Shown: one piece after another, positions 1 to 9,878 of the stretch
Numbering within the stretch: the stretch's first letter is position 1
How the letters are laid out: each line of letters opens with the position of its first letter
DNA from: an uncultured Clostridia bacterium
Lineage (GTDB): Bacteria; Bacillota; Clostridia; Christensenellales; UBA1242
DNA length: 64,000 bases
Reading direction: 5' to 3'
Assembly (NCBI GenBank): GCA_944372505.1
Contig: CALVZK010000001.1
Coordinates: 65,185-129,184 of the forward strand
Position numbers and translations under genes: made by a program
Notes under the pieces: generated by a model
What the model saw: only the letters and a program-made list of their open reading frames with translations
Told to the model about the DNA's origin: nothing
Databases searched by the model: none

Positions 1-470
1 TGTACAAAACCTCTTTCTTCAAAAAATTCGTGCAATAAATATGCTAATTTACTTCTAACCCTAAACACAGCATTAAATAAATTAGTTCTTGGCCTCAAAT
101 ATGCTATTTCTCTTAAGAATTCTAAAGAATGTTTTTTCTTTTGAAGCGGATATTCCGAATCTGTTGCGTTAATTATATTTATTTCTTTTGCGTGCATTTC
201 AAACGGCTGTTTATTTTGTGGAGTTGAAACTATTTGTCCTGAACAAACAATAGCAGATCCTGTATTTATTTTTTCAACCAAATCAAAATTATTTATGTCA
301 TTTTTAGAAAATACAATTTGAAGAGATTTAAAATAGGTTCCGTCTGTTAAATCAATAAATCCAAAATTACCATTACCTCTACAACTTTTTACCCAGCCAG
401 CAACTATTATTTCTTTATTTAAAAATTTTTCTAATTCACTATATAACAATTTAATGTCTGTTTTTTTCAT
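1..470 (-). CDS. asnS: asparagine--tRNA ligase, N-terminal part (rest of gene lies left of the window)
   Basis: Not in the ORF track because it runs off the window edge. Minus-strand translation from the ATG at 468-470 gives MKKTDIKLLYSELEKFLNKEIIVAGWVKSCRGNGNFGFIDL...KKHSLEFLREIAYLRPRTNLFNAVFRVRSKLAYLLHEFFEERGF. This matches the AsnRS anticodon-binding OB domain and the conserved LRPRTN..AV.RVR block. It starts 14 nt downstream of the aspS stop. Confidence 0.85.
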   Translation of the reverse strand, partial: MKKTDIKLLYSELEKFLNKEIIVAGWVKSCRGNGNFGFIDLTDGTYFKSLQIVFSKNDINNFDLVEKINTGSAIVCSGQIVSTPQNKQPFEMHAKEINIINATDSEYPLQKKKHSLEFLREIAYLRPRTNLFNAVFRVRSKLAYLLHEFFEERGFV

Positions 471-484
471 ATTTTAAAATCCTT

Positions 485-1762
485 TTATGGAGTTAATCTA
501 TCTGGTCCTCTAAATATAAACATACTCTCTTTTAATGAAGGTAGATTCAATAATACCATTGTCATTCTATCTACCCCAACACCAAACCCTCCATGAGGTG
601 GCATCCCATATTTAAAGAATTCTAGATAAAATTCTACATCTTTTTTTAAACCTTTTTCTTCTGCTTGAGCTTTTAAAATTTCATACCTATGCTCTCTCTG
701 AGCCCCAGTAGTTATTTCAATTCCCTTCCAGATTAAATCATAACCTTGAGGAATTCCATTCTTTCTCATATGATAGAAAGCCCTTTTTTCTGGACCAAAA
801 TCTGTCACAAACAAAAATTCATGATCAAATTTATCTTTGGCAAGTTTTGCACATAATTGTTCCGCCTCTGTAGTTAAATCAACTTTTTCATTTTCTGCTA
901 CTTTATAGCCATATCTAGCTTCTAATTCATCATATATATCTTTAAGTTTCATTCTTGGAAAAGGAAGTTTTGGAACAACCACATCAACCCCAAAAACTTC
1001 TTTAATTTTCTCTCCATAATTTTCTTTGACTTCATTTAGCATATAAGTCAACATATTTTCTTCCATTTTCATAACGTCATCAAAATCATTGATATAAGAA
1101 AACTCTAAATCAAAGCCCGTAAATTCTGTAGTATGTTTTTTCGTTCTAGACTTTTCCGCTCTAAATACAGGGCCACAATCAAATACTCTCTCAAATCCAC
1201 TTCCCATAGCCATTTGCTTATAAAATTGTGGACTTTGTGCAAGATATGCTTTTCTATCAAAATACTTAACTTCAAATACTTCAGATCCACTTTCACTCGC
1301 AGCCGAAATCAATCTAGGTGTATGGATTTCTATAAAATTATTTTTTAATAAAAATTCTCTCAATGCTCTAGTCATAGCGGTCTGTACTTGAAATGTCAAA
1401 ATATTCTTATCTTGTCTTAAGTCTAACCATCTATAATCCAATCTTTGATCAATAGAACTTTCTGGTCCTATTGGCAAAGCTTCCGCTTTGCTTGTTATTT
1501 CAACATAACTAGGTATTATTTCAATTCCACCTAATTTAACATAATCATTTGCTACCGCTCTACCTCTAACCTTCACGGTGGATTCTAAAGTAGCATGTGA
1601 AAAAATTTCTGCAATTTCCGGATTATCATCTTTAACAACAGTTATTTGTATTTTCCCAAACACATCTCTAACTACAATGAATTGCATGCTTTTTTTATCT
1701 CTCAAGTTTTCAATGAAGCCTTGAATTTCTACCTCTCCTGGTTTTACATCACAAATTCTCAT
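485..1762 (-). CDS. aspS: aspartate--tRNA ligase, short archaeal/eukaryal-type (class IIb)
   Basis: 425 aa, far shorter than bacterial-type AspRS, so there is no room for the bacterial insertion domain. It has an N-terminal OB fold, motif 2 (GPVFRAE) and the C-terminal GMPPHGGFGVGVDRMTMVLLNLPSLKESMFIFRGPDRLTP. Confidence 0.85.
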   Translation of the reverse strand: MRICDVKPGEVEIQGFIENLRDKKSMQFIVVRDVFGKIQITVVKDDNPEIAEIFSHATLESTVKVRGRAVANDYVKLGGIEIIPSYVEITSKAEALPIGPESSIDQRLDYRWLDLRQDKNILTFQVQTAMTRALREFLLKNNFIEIHTPRLISAASESGSEVFEVKYFDRKAYLAQSPQFYKQMAMGSGFERVFDCGPVFRAEKSRTKKHTTEFTGFDLEFSYINDFDDVMKMEENMLTYMLNEVKENYGEKIKEVFGVDVVVPKLPFPRMKLKDIYDELEARYGYKVAENEKVDLTTEAEQLCAKLAKDKFDHEFLFVTDFGPEKRAFYHMRKNGIPQGYDLIWKGIEITTGAQREHRYEILKAQAEEKGLKKDVEFYLEFFKYGMPPHGGFGVGVDRMTMVLLNLPSLKESMFIFRGPDRLTP

Positions 1763-1785
1763 ATTTTTTCTCCATTTATTTTAAT

Positions 1786-1814
1786 ATTATACCACTTTAG
1801 AATACTCTTGTAAA
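1786..1814 (-). promoter_or_regulatory. sigma-A type promoter of aspS-asnS (TTTACA-17-TATAAT)
   Basis: The minus strand reads cTTTACAagagtattctaaagtggTATAAT, about 25 nt upstream of the GGAG Shine-Dalgarno and the aspS ATG. Confidence 0.55.
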
Positions 1815-1851
1815 GAATTTAAATAAATTATAATATAAAAAATAAAATCTC

Positions 1852-1888
1852 ATAAAAAAATGAACATTAACCATTTCCTAATGTTCAT
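1852..1888 (-). terminator. intrinsic terminator after tRNA-Leu(AAG)
   Basis: On the minus strand, a 10-bp perfect stem ATGAACATTA/TAATGTTCAT (1860-1869 and 1879-1888) is followed by TTTTTTTAT. Confidence 0.7.
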
Positions 1889-1896
1889 TAAATATT

Positions 1897-1978
1897 TGGT
1901 GCGGGCGGTGGGAGTCGAACCCACACCCTTTCGGACTTGCCCCTTAAACAAGCGCGTCTGCCATTCCGCCACGCCCGC
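1897..1978 (-). tRNA. tRNA-Leu, anticodon AAG (class II, long variable arm, encoded CCA)
   Basis: GCGGGCGTGGCGGAATGGCAGACGCGCTTGTTTAAGGGGCAAGTCCGAAAGGGTGTGGGTTCGACTCCCACCGCCCGCACCA. It aligns position by position with the tRNA-Leu(TAA) at 52693-52778. The anticodon stem is CTTGT/GCAAG and the loop is TTAAGGG, so positions 34-36 are AAG and position 37 is G. Confidence 0.85.
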
Positions 1979-1996
1979 AATTAATTTTACTCGTAT

Positions 1997-2025
1997 ATTA
2001 TAAGTAGAATTTTATTATTTGTCAA
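1997..2025 (-). promoter_or_regulatory. consensus sigma-A promoter of tRNA-Leu(AAG) (TTGACA-17-TATAAT)
   Basis: The minus strand reads TTGACAaataataaaattctactTATAAT, ending about 18 nt before the tRNA 5' end. Confidence 0.7.
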
Positions 2026-2057
2026 GCAATTTATTTAATTTATAAATGAATTTTGTC

Positions 2058-2085
2058 AATAAAAATAGGACTTTTAATCAGTCCC
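2058..2085 (-). terminator. intrinsic terminator after the ferritin-like gene
   Basis: The minus-strand RNA reads GGGACU-GAUUAAA-AGUCCU followed by AUUUUUAUU. Confidence 0.5.
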
Positions 2086-2092
2086 ATATTTG

Positions 2093-2386
2093 TTAATTGA
2101 TATTATTTTCTTTATTAAATTCATTTAACCCCTTATAAAAATTTTCTTTTGTGCTTGGATCTAGTTTAAATAATAATCCAAATAATTGTCCTACATGCAC
2201 TTTTTCTTCACTGACAATATCTTCTATTGTATTTTTAGCAGACTGATCTTGAGTTTGACTTAAATGCAGTTCATATTGAATAATAGCTTCCATTTCGCCT
2301 ATAATATCAGCACGTGCATTTTGAATAGTTAAAAACTCATTTGAATTTTGATTAGGACTTGAAAATATATTAAAAATTCCTTTCAT
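2093..2386 (-). CDS. small ferritin-like protein (EncFtn-type / rubrerythrin-superfamily mini-ferritin)
   Basis: 97 aa. GEMEAIIQYELH ... SEEKVHVGQLFGLLFKLDP resembles the EncFtn pattern (Glu, then an E-x-x-H di-iron ligand block, then ..L..DP). No C-terminal encapsulin-targeting peptide is recognisable. Confidence 0.5.
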   Translation of the reverse strand: MKGIFNIFSSPNQNSNEFLTIQNARADIIGEMEAIIQYELHLSQTQDQSAKNTIEDIVSEEKVHVGQLFGLLFKLDPSTKENFYKGLNEFNKENNIN

Positions 2387-2440
2387 AAAACCTCCCTGTA
2401 TTATATATGAGAAATTTAAAAATTTTGCTTATTTAATTTT

Positions 2441-2468
2441 AAATAAAAAATCTCCTATTAGGAGATTT
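2441..2468 (-). terminator. intrinsic terminator after clpX
   Basis: On the minus strand, AAATCTCCT-AAT-AGGAGATTT is followed by a T-rich run (TTTATTT) and begins right at the clpX stop codon. Confidence 0.7.
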
Positions 2469-3729
2469 AACAAACTTCTTTTTTTGTATTATCTTTTTTT
2501 ACTATAATTGGCTGACCATTATCAAGTTCTATAAATTTATCTGTTACTATAATTTTTTCAACATCTTTTAGACTTGGAGCCTCATACATTAATTTAGTCA
2601 TTTTTGATTCTATTATAGTTCTCAATCCTCTTGCGCCAGTTTTTAATTTCATTGCTTTTTGGGCGATAGATCTTATGGCATCAGAAGAAAATTCAATCTT
2701 TATTCCATCTATTTTAAACATTAAGTCATATTGTTTTACAATTGAATTTTTAGGTTCAGTTAAAATTTTAATCATGGCATCTTCATCTAAATCATCTAGC
2801 CCTACTACAACTGGCAATCTACCTATAAATTCTGGAATAAGTCCAAACTTAATTAAATCATCTGGCTGAACATCTTTTATTAATTTTGCCTCAGTTTTTT
2901 CAATATTAGATTTTATTTGGGCATTAAATCCTAAAGTAGAATCTTTTTCTCGAGCATCTATAATTTTATCTAAACCAACAAACGCACCCCCGCAAATAAA
3001 TAAAATGTTTGTAGTATCAATTTGTAACATTTCTTGATGAGGATGTTTTCTTCCACCTTGAGGAGGAACAGAAGCTATTGTACTTTCAAGAATTTTTAAA
3101 AGTGCTTGCTGAACCCCTTCTCCTGCAACATCTCTAGTAATTGATACATTTTGCGTTTTTCTAGCAATTTTATCAATTTCATCAATATAAATAATTCCTC
3201 GTTGAGCTTTTTCTATATCATAATCAGCATTTTGAATAAGTTTTAATAATATATTCTCGACATCATCGCCAACATATCCCGCTTCTGTTAAAGTCGTAGC
3301 GTCCGCTGTAGCAAATGGGACTTTTAAAACTTTTGCTAATGTTTTAGCAAGCAAAGTTTTTCCAGAACCAGTAGGGCCAATCATTAATATATTACTTTTT
3401 TCAAGTTCAACTTCGTCAATATCTTTAGATTGTTTAGTTAAATTATAATTCAAACGTTTATAATGATTATATACAGCAACAGCTAAAACTCTTTTTGCCT
3501 CATCTTGACCTATTATATATTCATCTAACTTTTCTTTTATTTCATTTGGAGTTGGTAATTCAATTTTTTCAAATTTTGTTTTAGGGGCTATGTCTGTAAT
3601 AATTTCTTTACAAATTTCAACACACTCATCACAAATAAAAGAATCACCGCTAGGACTAGCAATTAATTTTTTAGCATCTCTTTGAGATTTACCACAAAAA
3701 CTACATTTACAATCTATTTCGGTCATCAT
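2467..3729 (-). CDS. clpX: ATP-dependent Clp protease ATP-binding subunit ClpX
   Basis: It has an N-terminal C4 zinc finger (CSFCGK...CDEC), Walker A GPTGSGKT, Walker [10 protein letters not shown] and the GARGLR sensor motif. Confidence 0.97.
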   Translation of the reverse strand: MMTEIDCKCSFCGKSQRDAKKLIASPSGDSFICDECVEICKEIITDIAPKTKFEKIELPTPNEIKEKLDEYIIGQDEAKRVLAVAVYNHYKRLNYNLTKQSKDIDEVELEKSNILMIGPTGSGKTLLAKTLAKVLKVPFATADATTLTEAGYVGDDVENILLKLIQNADYDIEKAQRGIIYIDEIDKIARKTQNVSITRDVAGEGVQQALLKILESTIASVPPQGGRKHPHQEMLQIDTTNILFICGGAFVGLDKIIDAREKDSTLGFNAQIKSNIEKTEAKLIKDVQPDDLIKFGLIPEFIGRLPVVVGLDDLDEDAMIKILTEPKNSIVKQYDLMFKIDGIKIEFSSDAIRSIAQKAMKLKTGARGLRTIIESKMTKLMYEAPSLKDVEKIIVTDKFIELDNGQPIIVKKDNTKKEVC

Positions 3730-3734
3730 TCCTC

Positions 3735-4325
3735 CTATTTAGATTTTTTTCTAGAAATAAAAATTTCATCTATAATCCCATAATCCTTTGCTTCTTGTGC
3801 AGTCATATAATTATCTCTATCAGTATCTTTTTCAACAATTTCTAGAGGTTTCCCTGTATTCTCACTTAACATTAAATTCATTCTTTCTTTTATATATTGT
3901 ATATGATTTGCTTGAATTTGTATATCGCTAACTTGCCCTTGAGCTCCTCCTAAAGGTTGATGTATCATTATCTCACTATTAGGCAAAGCAAACCTTTTAC
4001 CTTTTGTACCTCCTGCTAATAAAAATGCACCCATAGAAGCCGCCCTTCCAACACAAATAGTAGAAACATCACATTTAATATATTTCATTGTATCATATAT
4101 GGCAAGACCAGCAGAAACACTACCACCAGGACTATTGATATAAATAAAAATATCTTTATCTGGATTTTTACCTTCTAAATAAATCAATTGTGCCACCACG
4201 ATATTAGCAATATTGTCATCAATTTCACCATTTAAAAAAATTATCCTATCTTCTAACAACCTTGAATAAATGTCATATGATCTTTCACTATTTCCCGTTT
4301 GATCAACAACCATTGGAATTAGCAT
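3735..4325 (-). CDS. clpP: ATP-dependent Clp protease proteolytic subunit ClpP
   Basis: 196 aa. Motifs include [13 protein letters not shown], the active-site region [11 protein letters not shown] and MIHQPLGG. Confidence 0.97.
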   Translation of the reverse strand: MLIPMVVDQTGNSERSYDIYSRLLEDRIIFLNGEIDDNIANIVVAQLIYLEGKNPDKDIFIYINSPGGSVSAGLAIYDTMKYIKCDVSTICVGRAASMGAFLLAGGTKGKRFALPNSEIMIHQPLGGAQGQVSDIQIQANHIQYIKERMNLMLSENTGKPLEIVEKDTDRDNYMTAQEAKDYGIIDEIFISRKKSK

Positions 4326-4352
4326 AATATTATCCTCCCAAATTTACTTAAA

Positions 4353-4406
4353 ATTATACCTTGACACAAAATTCTATAAAAAATTGATTTGAATTCTTGT
4401 CAAGGT
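4353..4406 (-). promoter_or_regulatory. clpP upstream region: 9-bp inverted repeat ACCTTGACA-N31-TGTCAAGGT embracing promoter elements
   Basis: The arms lie at 4358-4366 and 4398-4406. On the minus strand, one arm supplies a TTGACA -35 element. The other arm abuts a perfect TATAAT (4353-4358) about 25 nt upstream of the clpP Shine-Dalgarno. Confidence 0.45.
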
Positions 4407-4477
4407 TTCTTTAGTATATAAAATATTTTATGTTTTTCTTGTAATAAAGTTTATGATACGCTTTTAATTTATTAACT

Positions 4478-5755
4478 TTATTTGTCAACTTTAGACTTAA
4501 TGAAATCTAAAACTTTTGTCATAATAGCACTATTTTCGAAGTAAGCATAATCTTCGTCTCTTAATGCTTTTTTAAAGTCATCTAACGACATATTGTACTT
4601 TGATGCATAATCAACTATCAATTTATCTAAATCTTCATTAGAAACAGACAAGTTGTTTTCTGTAATAATTTTTTGAACTACTAATCTAGTTTTAATATTT
4701 TTTTCGGCATCATCTCTTCTATCAGCTTTAAAATCATCTTCAGTTTTGCCTATATATTCCAAATAATTTTTAAGATTCATACCTTGATGAGATAATCTAT
4801 GTTCAAAATCTTCTATCATATGTTGAACTTCGTGATCAACCATACTTTTTGGAACTTCGATGTTAGATTTATCAGCAATTTCATCTAATAAAATTACTTC
4901 AAAATCTCTTTCTGCTTTTTCGTCTTCAATTTTCTTTAAATTTTCTTTAATTGCTTGCTTGTATTCCTCAAGTGTTTCATATTCTGTTGTGTCAGAAACA
5001 AATTTATCATCAATCAAAGGTAAAACTTTCTTTTCTATTTTGTTCAACTTAATTTTAAATATAGCAGGTTTCCCTTTAAGATTTTCTGCTGGATAATTTT
5101 CAGGGAAAGAAACACTAATATCCTTTTCTTCACCATTTTTCATGCCAATTATTTGATCTTCAAAGCCTTCAATGAATGTATGTGAACCAATTTCTAATCT
5201 ATAGTCTTTAGCATCTCCTCCATCAAACTTGTTATTATCGACATAACCTTCAAAATCTATAGTAACAAAATCGCCTGATTCTACTTCTTTTTCTTCTTCT
5301 ACATATCTTGCATGATTTTCTCGTTCTTTTTCAAGCTCGTCATTAATTTGCTTGTCAGATATCTTCACATTAGCTTTTTTTGATTTTAAGTCTTTGAAAT
5401 CTGGCAATTTGAACTCAGGTAAAACTTCTATTGTAAGAGTTGCCTCCAATCCCTTATCCACCGTAAAAGAATTCATTTCAACATGTGGTTGTCCAGCAGG
5501 AATAACATCTTTATGGTCATTTAAAAACAAATAATATTCTTTAGAAATAGCATTTTCAAATGCATCATCAAAAAATATTGTATCTCCATAATTTTGTTCA
5601 ATAACTTTTCTAGGCGCCTTTCCATTTCTAAATCCTTGAACTTTATATTTTGATTTGTTTTGTTCATAGGATTTTTCAACAAAATTTTCCCATTCATCTT
5701 TAGTAACATGTATTTTTAAAATTACCTTTTTGTCTTTTTTTTCAATTGTGTACAT
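4478..5755 (-). CDS. tig: trigger factor
   Basis: 425 aa. It has the ribosome-binding motif GFRNGKAP, a central FKBP-type PPIase region and the tig-clpP-clpX synteny. Confidence 0.95.
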   Translation of the reverse strand: MYTIEKKDKKVILKIHVTKDEWENFVEKSYEQNKSKYKVQGFRNGKAPRKVIEQNYGDTIFFDDAFENAISKEYYLFLNDHKDVIPAGQPHVEMNSFTVDKGLEATLTIEVLPEFKLPDFKDLKSKKANVKISDKQINDELEKERENHARYVEEEKEVESGDFVTIDFEGYVDNNKFDGGDAKDYRLEIGSHTFIEGFEDQIIGMKNGEEKDISVSFPENYPAENLKGKPAIFKIKLNKIEKKVLPLIDDKFVSDTTEYETLEEYKQAIKENLKKIEDEKAERDFEVILLDEIADKSNIEVPKSMVDHEVQHMIEDFEHRLSHQGMNLKNYLEYIGKTEDDFKADRRDDAEKNIKTRLVVQKIITENNLSVSNEDLDKLIVDYASKYNMSLDDFKKALRDEDYAYFENSAIMTKVLDFIKSKVDK

Positions 5756-5898
5756 TTTTTTCTCCTTTCATATTTTAAGCAAGATTTTGCGGTATATATA
5801 ATATCATATTTTATTTAATTTAGCAACTAATTATTAAAGTTAAAAACAAGAACCATGACGAAATATAAAAAAATAAAAATTTTATTTATATTAAATAA

Positions 5899-6279
5899 CT
5901 AAATTGTATAACCTTTTGCCATTGCTACTACGCAAATAATGGCAAAAACTAAAGCCAATAATATTTTAAAAATATCCACAATTTTGTCTCTAATAAGTGT
6001 TTTTTTAAATTTTTTTATATAATATTTCTCATTTTTATCTATATCTTCGATTGTTAAATTACTTGAATTTACAAGCTGAATTTTATAAAACCTAAAATCC
6101 TCTTTAAAATTAAAATAATAATCTTCTCTATATCTTAATATAAAAATTACAGCCCAGTACAAACATAAACCAGTAATAATTGAAAGTGAAAAATAAAATA
6201 AACCTGTCCATAAATCTGTAAGACAAGCAAAAATAATTGCTAATACTAAACTAATTGATGTAATTAAAATATTTCTCAT
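5899..6279 (-). CDS. hypothetical membrane protein (3 predicted TM helices)
   Basis: 126-aa ORF with hydrophobic helices at both ends. No family recognised. Confidence 0.5.
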   Translation of the reverse strand: MRNILITSISLVLAIIFACLTDLWTGLFYFSLSIITGLCLYWAVIFILRYREDYYFNFKEDFRFYKIQLVNSSNLTIEDIDKNEKYYIKKFKKTLIRDKIVDIFKILLALVFAIICVVAMAKGYTI

Positions 6280-6286
6280 AATTTAT

Positions 6287-6622
6287 CTAAATAGTTAAAA
6301 TGAATAAAACAACAATTGTAACAACAAAAATAACATAACAAACGATCCAACCTACTTGCTTATGTGATTTTACCCATGTGTAAGCTAAAATAATACAAAT
6401 TATATAAGCAATAACTTGACCTACAGTTTTAAAAGCCGAAGAAAGATTGGTATCTCCCTTAAAAATTAATGTTAATAATAATGCAACTGAAATACATCCT
6501 ATACCAATATAAGATACCAACGATAAAAAAGAATTAAAATTTATTTTGATTTTTTTCGTATATTCTTTTTTCTTTTTTTCTTTTTCAACATAAACCCTGA
6601 TTTCTTTATCATTATCTTGCAT
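6287..6622 (-). CDS. hypothetical small membrane protein (Lys-rich N-terminus, 3 TM helices)
   Basis: 111-aa ORF packed 2 nt after the gap stop. No family recognised. Confidence 0.5.
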   Translation of the reverse strand: MQDNDKEIRVYVEKEKKKKEYTKKIKINFNSFLSLVSYIGIGCISVALLLTLIFKGDTNLSSAFKTVGQVIAYIICIILAYTWVKSHKQVGWIVCYVIFVVTIVVLFILTI

Positions 6623-6624
6623 TT

Positions 6625-8497
<1,873 letters not shown>

Positions 8498-8507
8498 ACA
8501 TTTTCCT

Positions 8508-8930
8508 CTAATATTTTTTAATTCTTCTTGCGTGCCTACCGCCTTCAAATTCTGTAGTCAAAAATACTTTAATAATTTTAATAGCTTTTCTTGCAGACAA
8601 AAATCTTCCAGATAGACATAAAACATTTGCATCATTATGTTGCCTAGCTAAAGAAGCAAACTTTTCGTTTAAACATAGCGCAGCCCTAATTTTAGGATTT
8701 CGATTTGCAACAATGCTCATACCAATTCCAGTACCACAAATATATATTCCTACATTTCTTGGATCTTCAATTACCTTAACATTTCCTGCTTTTGCAAAAT
8801 CAGGATAATCATCAAGTTGTTCTCTAGAGTAACATCCTACATCAATAGCAATAATGTTTTCTTTGTTAAAAAATTTCTTTATCTCTTCTTTTAACAGATA
8901 CCCTGCATGGTCACTAGCCAAAATAATCAT
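8508..8930 (-). CDS. rpiB: ribose-5-phosphate isomerase B (RpiB/LacA/LacB family)
   Basis: 140 aa. Motifs: IILASDHAG, ICGTGIGMSIVANR and the family-typical C-terminal GGRHARR. Confidence 0.9.
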   Translation of the reverse strand: MIILASDHAGYLLKEEIKKFFNKENIIAIDVGCYSREQLDDYPDFAKAGNVKVIEDPRNVGIYICGTGIGMSIVANRNPKIRAALCLNEKFASLARQHNDANVLCLSGRFLSARKAIKIIKVFLTTEFEGGRHARRIKKY

Positions 8931-9352
8931 TTAACACCACCTGAAAGTTTATTTATTAATTTATTTAATCCCAAAATAATTTGGTCAGCACAATTTCTAT
9001 ATGCATTTAAGTCTTTTCCAAAAGGGTCTAAAACATCTTGTCCAATTAAATCATTAAAAGAAATAACTTTTTTAGAATTAATTATCTTTTTTTGTGCATT
9101 AGTCATGGTAATATACAAAACATTATTATCAATTTTACCTAGTTTTATAGCCTTTCTATCTTTGTCTGAAGCATGCATTTCACTTAAAATAATTTTTGCA
9201 TTTTCGGAAATGTTTTCTTTGCAAGCATTAATGCCTCTTGAAAATACTTTTACATAAGAGATTTTATTTTCTTTTAATTTTTTTTTAAGCAATCTTTCTG
9301 CCATTATAGATCTGCAAGTATTACCTGTACAAACGAAACAAATCGAAATCAT
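8927..9352 (-). CDS. low-molecular-weight phosphatase, YwlE-like (probable protein-arginine phosphatase)
   Basis: P-loop CTGNTCRS, with Thr in the position linked to phospho-arginine specificity in B. subtilis YwlE. It also has DVLDPFG and sits adjacent to rpiB, as in B. subtilis ywlE-ywlF. Confidence 0.75.
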   Translation of the reverse strand: MISICFVCTGNTCRSIMAERLLKKKLKENKISYVKVFSRGINACKENISENAKIILSEMHASDKDRKAIKLGKIDNNVLYITMTNAQKKIINSKKVISFNDLIGQDVLDPFGKDLNAYRNCADQIILGLNKLINKLSGGVK

Positions 9353-9409
9353 TAATCACCTACAATAGTAGTTTAACACACACGCTTCAAAAATACAAAA
9401 CAAAAGAAA

Positions 9410-9754
9410 TTATTTTTTATTTTTTTTATCTTCGTCAGCAAGTTTAATTTTTTTAGTCTGCCATAATTTATCTAAATTATATTTTTCTCGAGTTATAGGA
9501 ATAAAGAGATGAAGAATTACATCGTTAAAATCAAAAATGATCCATTCGCCTTTATTATACCCTTCAGGGAAATAATCAAGAGAAAAATCTTTAATAATTT
9601 CATCTGCCAAATTTTTATTATTAAGAACATCACTACAACTTAACACCATAACACAACCATATGATAATTTTTCACCGCTTAAATCATATACAGCCAAATC
9701 TTTACATTTTTTATTTGATAAATAATTATATAAAATGCTTATTTTTTCATCCAT
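9410..9754 (-). CDS. rsfS: ribosome silencing factor RsfS
   Basis: 114 aa. The typical ..DL.V.D....S...D.....S......HLF....R..Y.LE.LW pattern is seen (VILHLFIPITREKYNLDKLW). Confidence 0.85.
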   Translation of the reverse strand: MDEKISILYNYLSNKKCKDLAVYDLSGEKLSYGCVMVLSCSDVLNNKNLADEIIKDFSLDYFPEGYNKGEWIIFDFNDVILHLFIPITREKYNLDKLWQTKKIKLADEDKKNKK

Positions 9755-9878
9755 AATTTACTCCCCACTAAATAACAATCGTTGATACAAAAAAGAAAAT
9801 ATTAAATTATTATTATATTAAACTAACAATATATATGACTCTTTCAGTTTACCAAACCTTAAAAATTAAGTCAATTAA

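Noticed and set aside
2093-3729. An encapsulin nanocompartment system, suggested by the EncFtn-like gene.
   Set aside because: No HK97-fold shell gene lies adjacent, and no targeting peptide is seen on the ferritin-like protein.
4326-4477. A CtsR operator or CIRCE element upstream of clpP.
   Set aside because: I found no GGTCAAA-NAN-GGTCAAA direct repeat and no TTAGCACTC-N9-GAGTGCTAA. Only the unrelated 9-bp dyad reported under findings is present.
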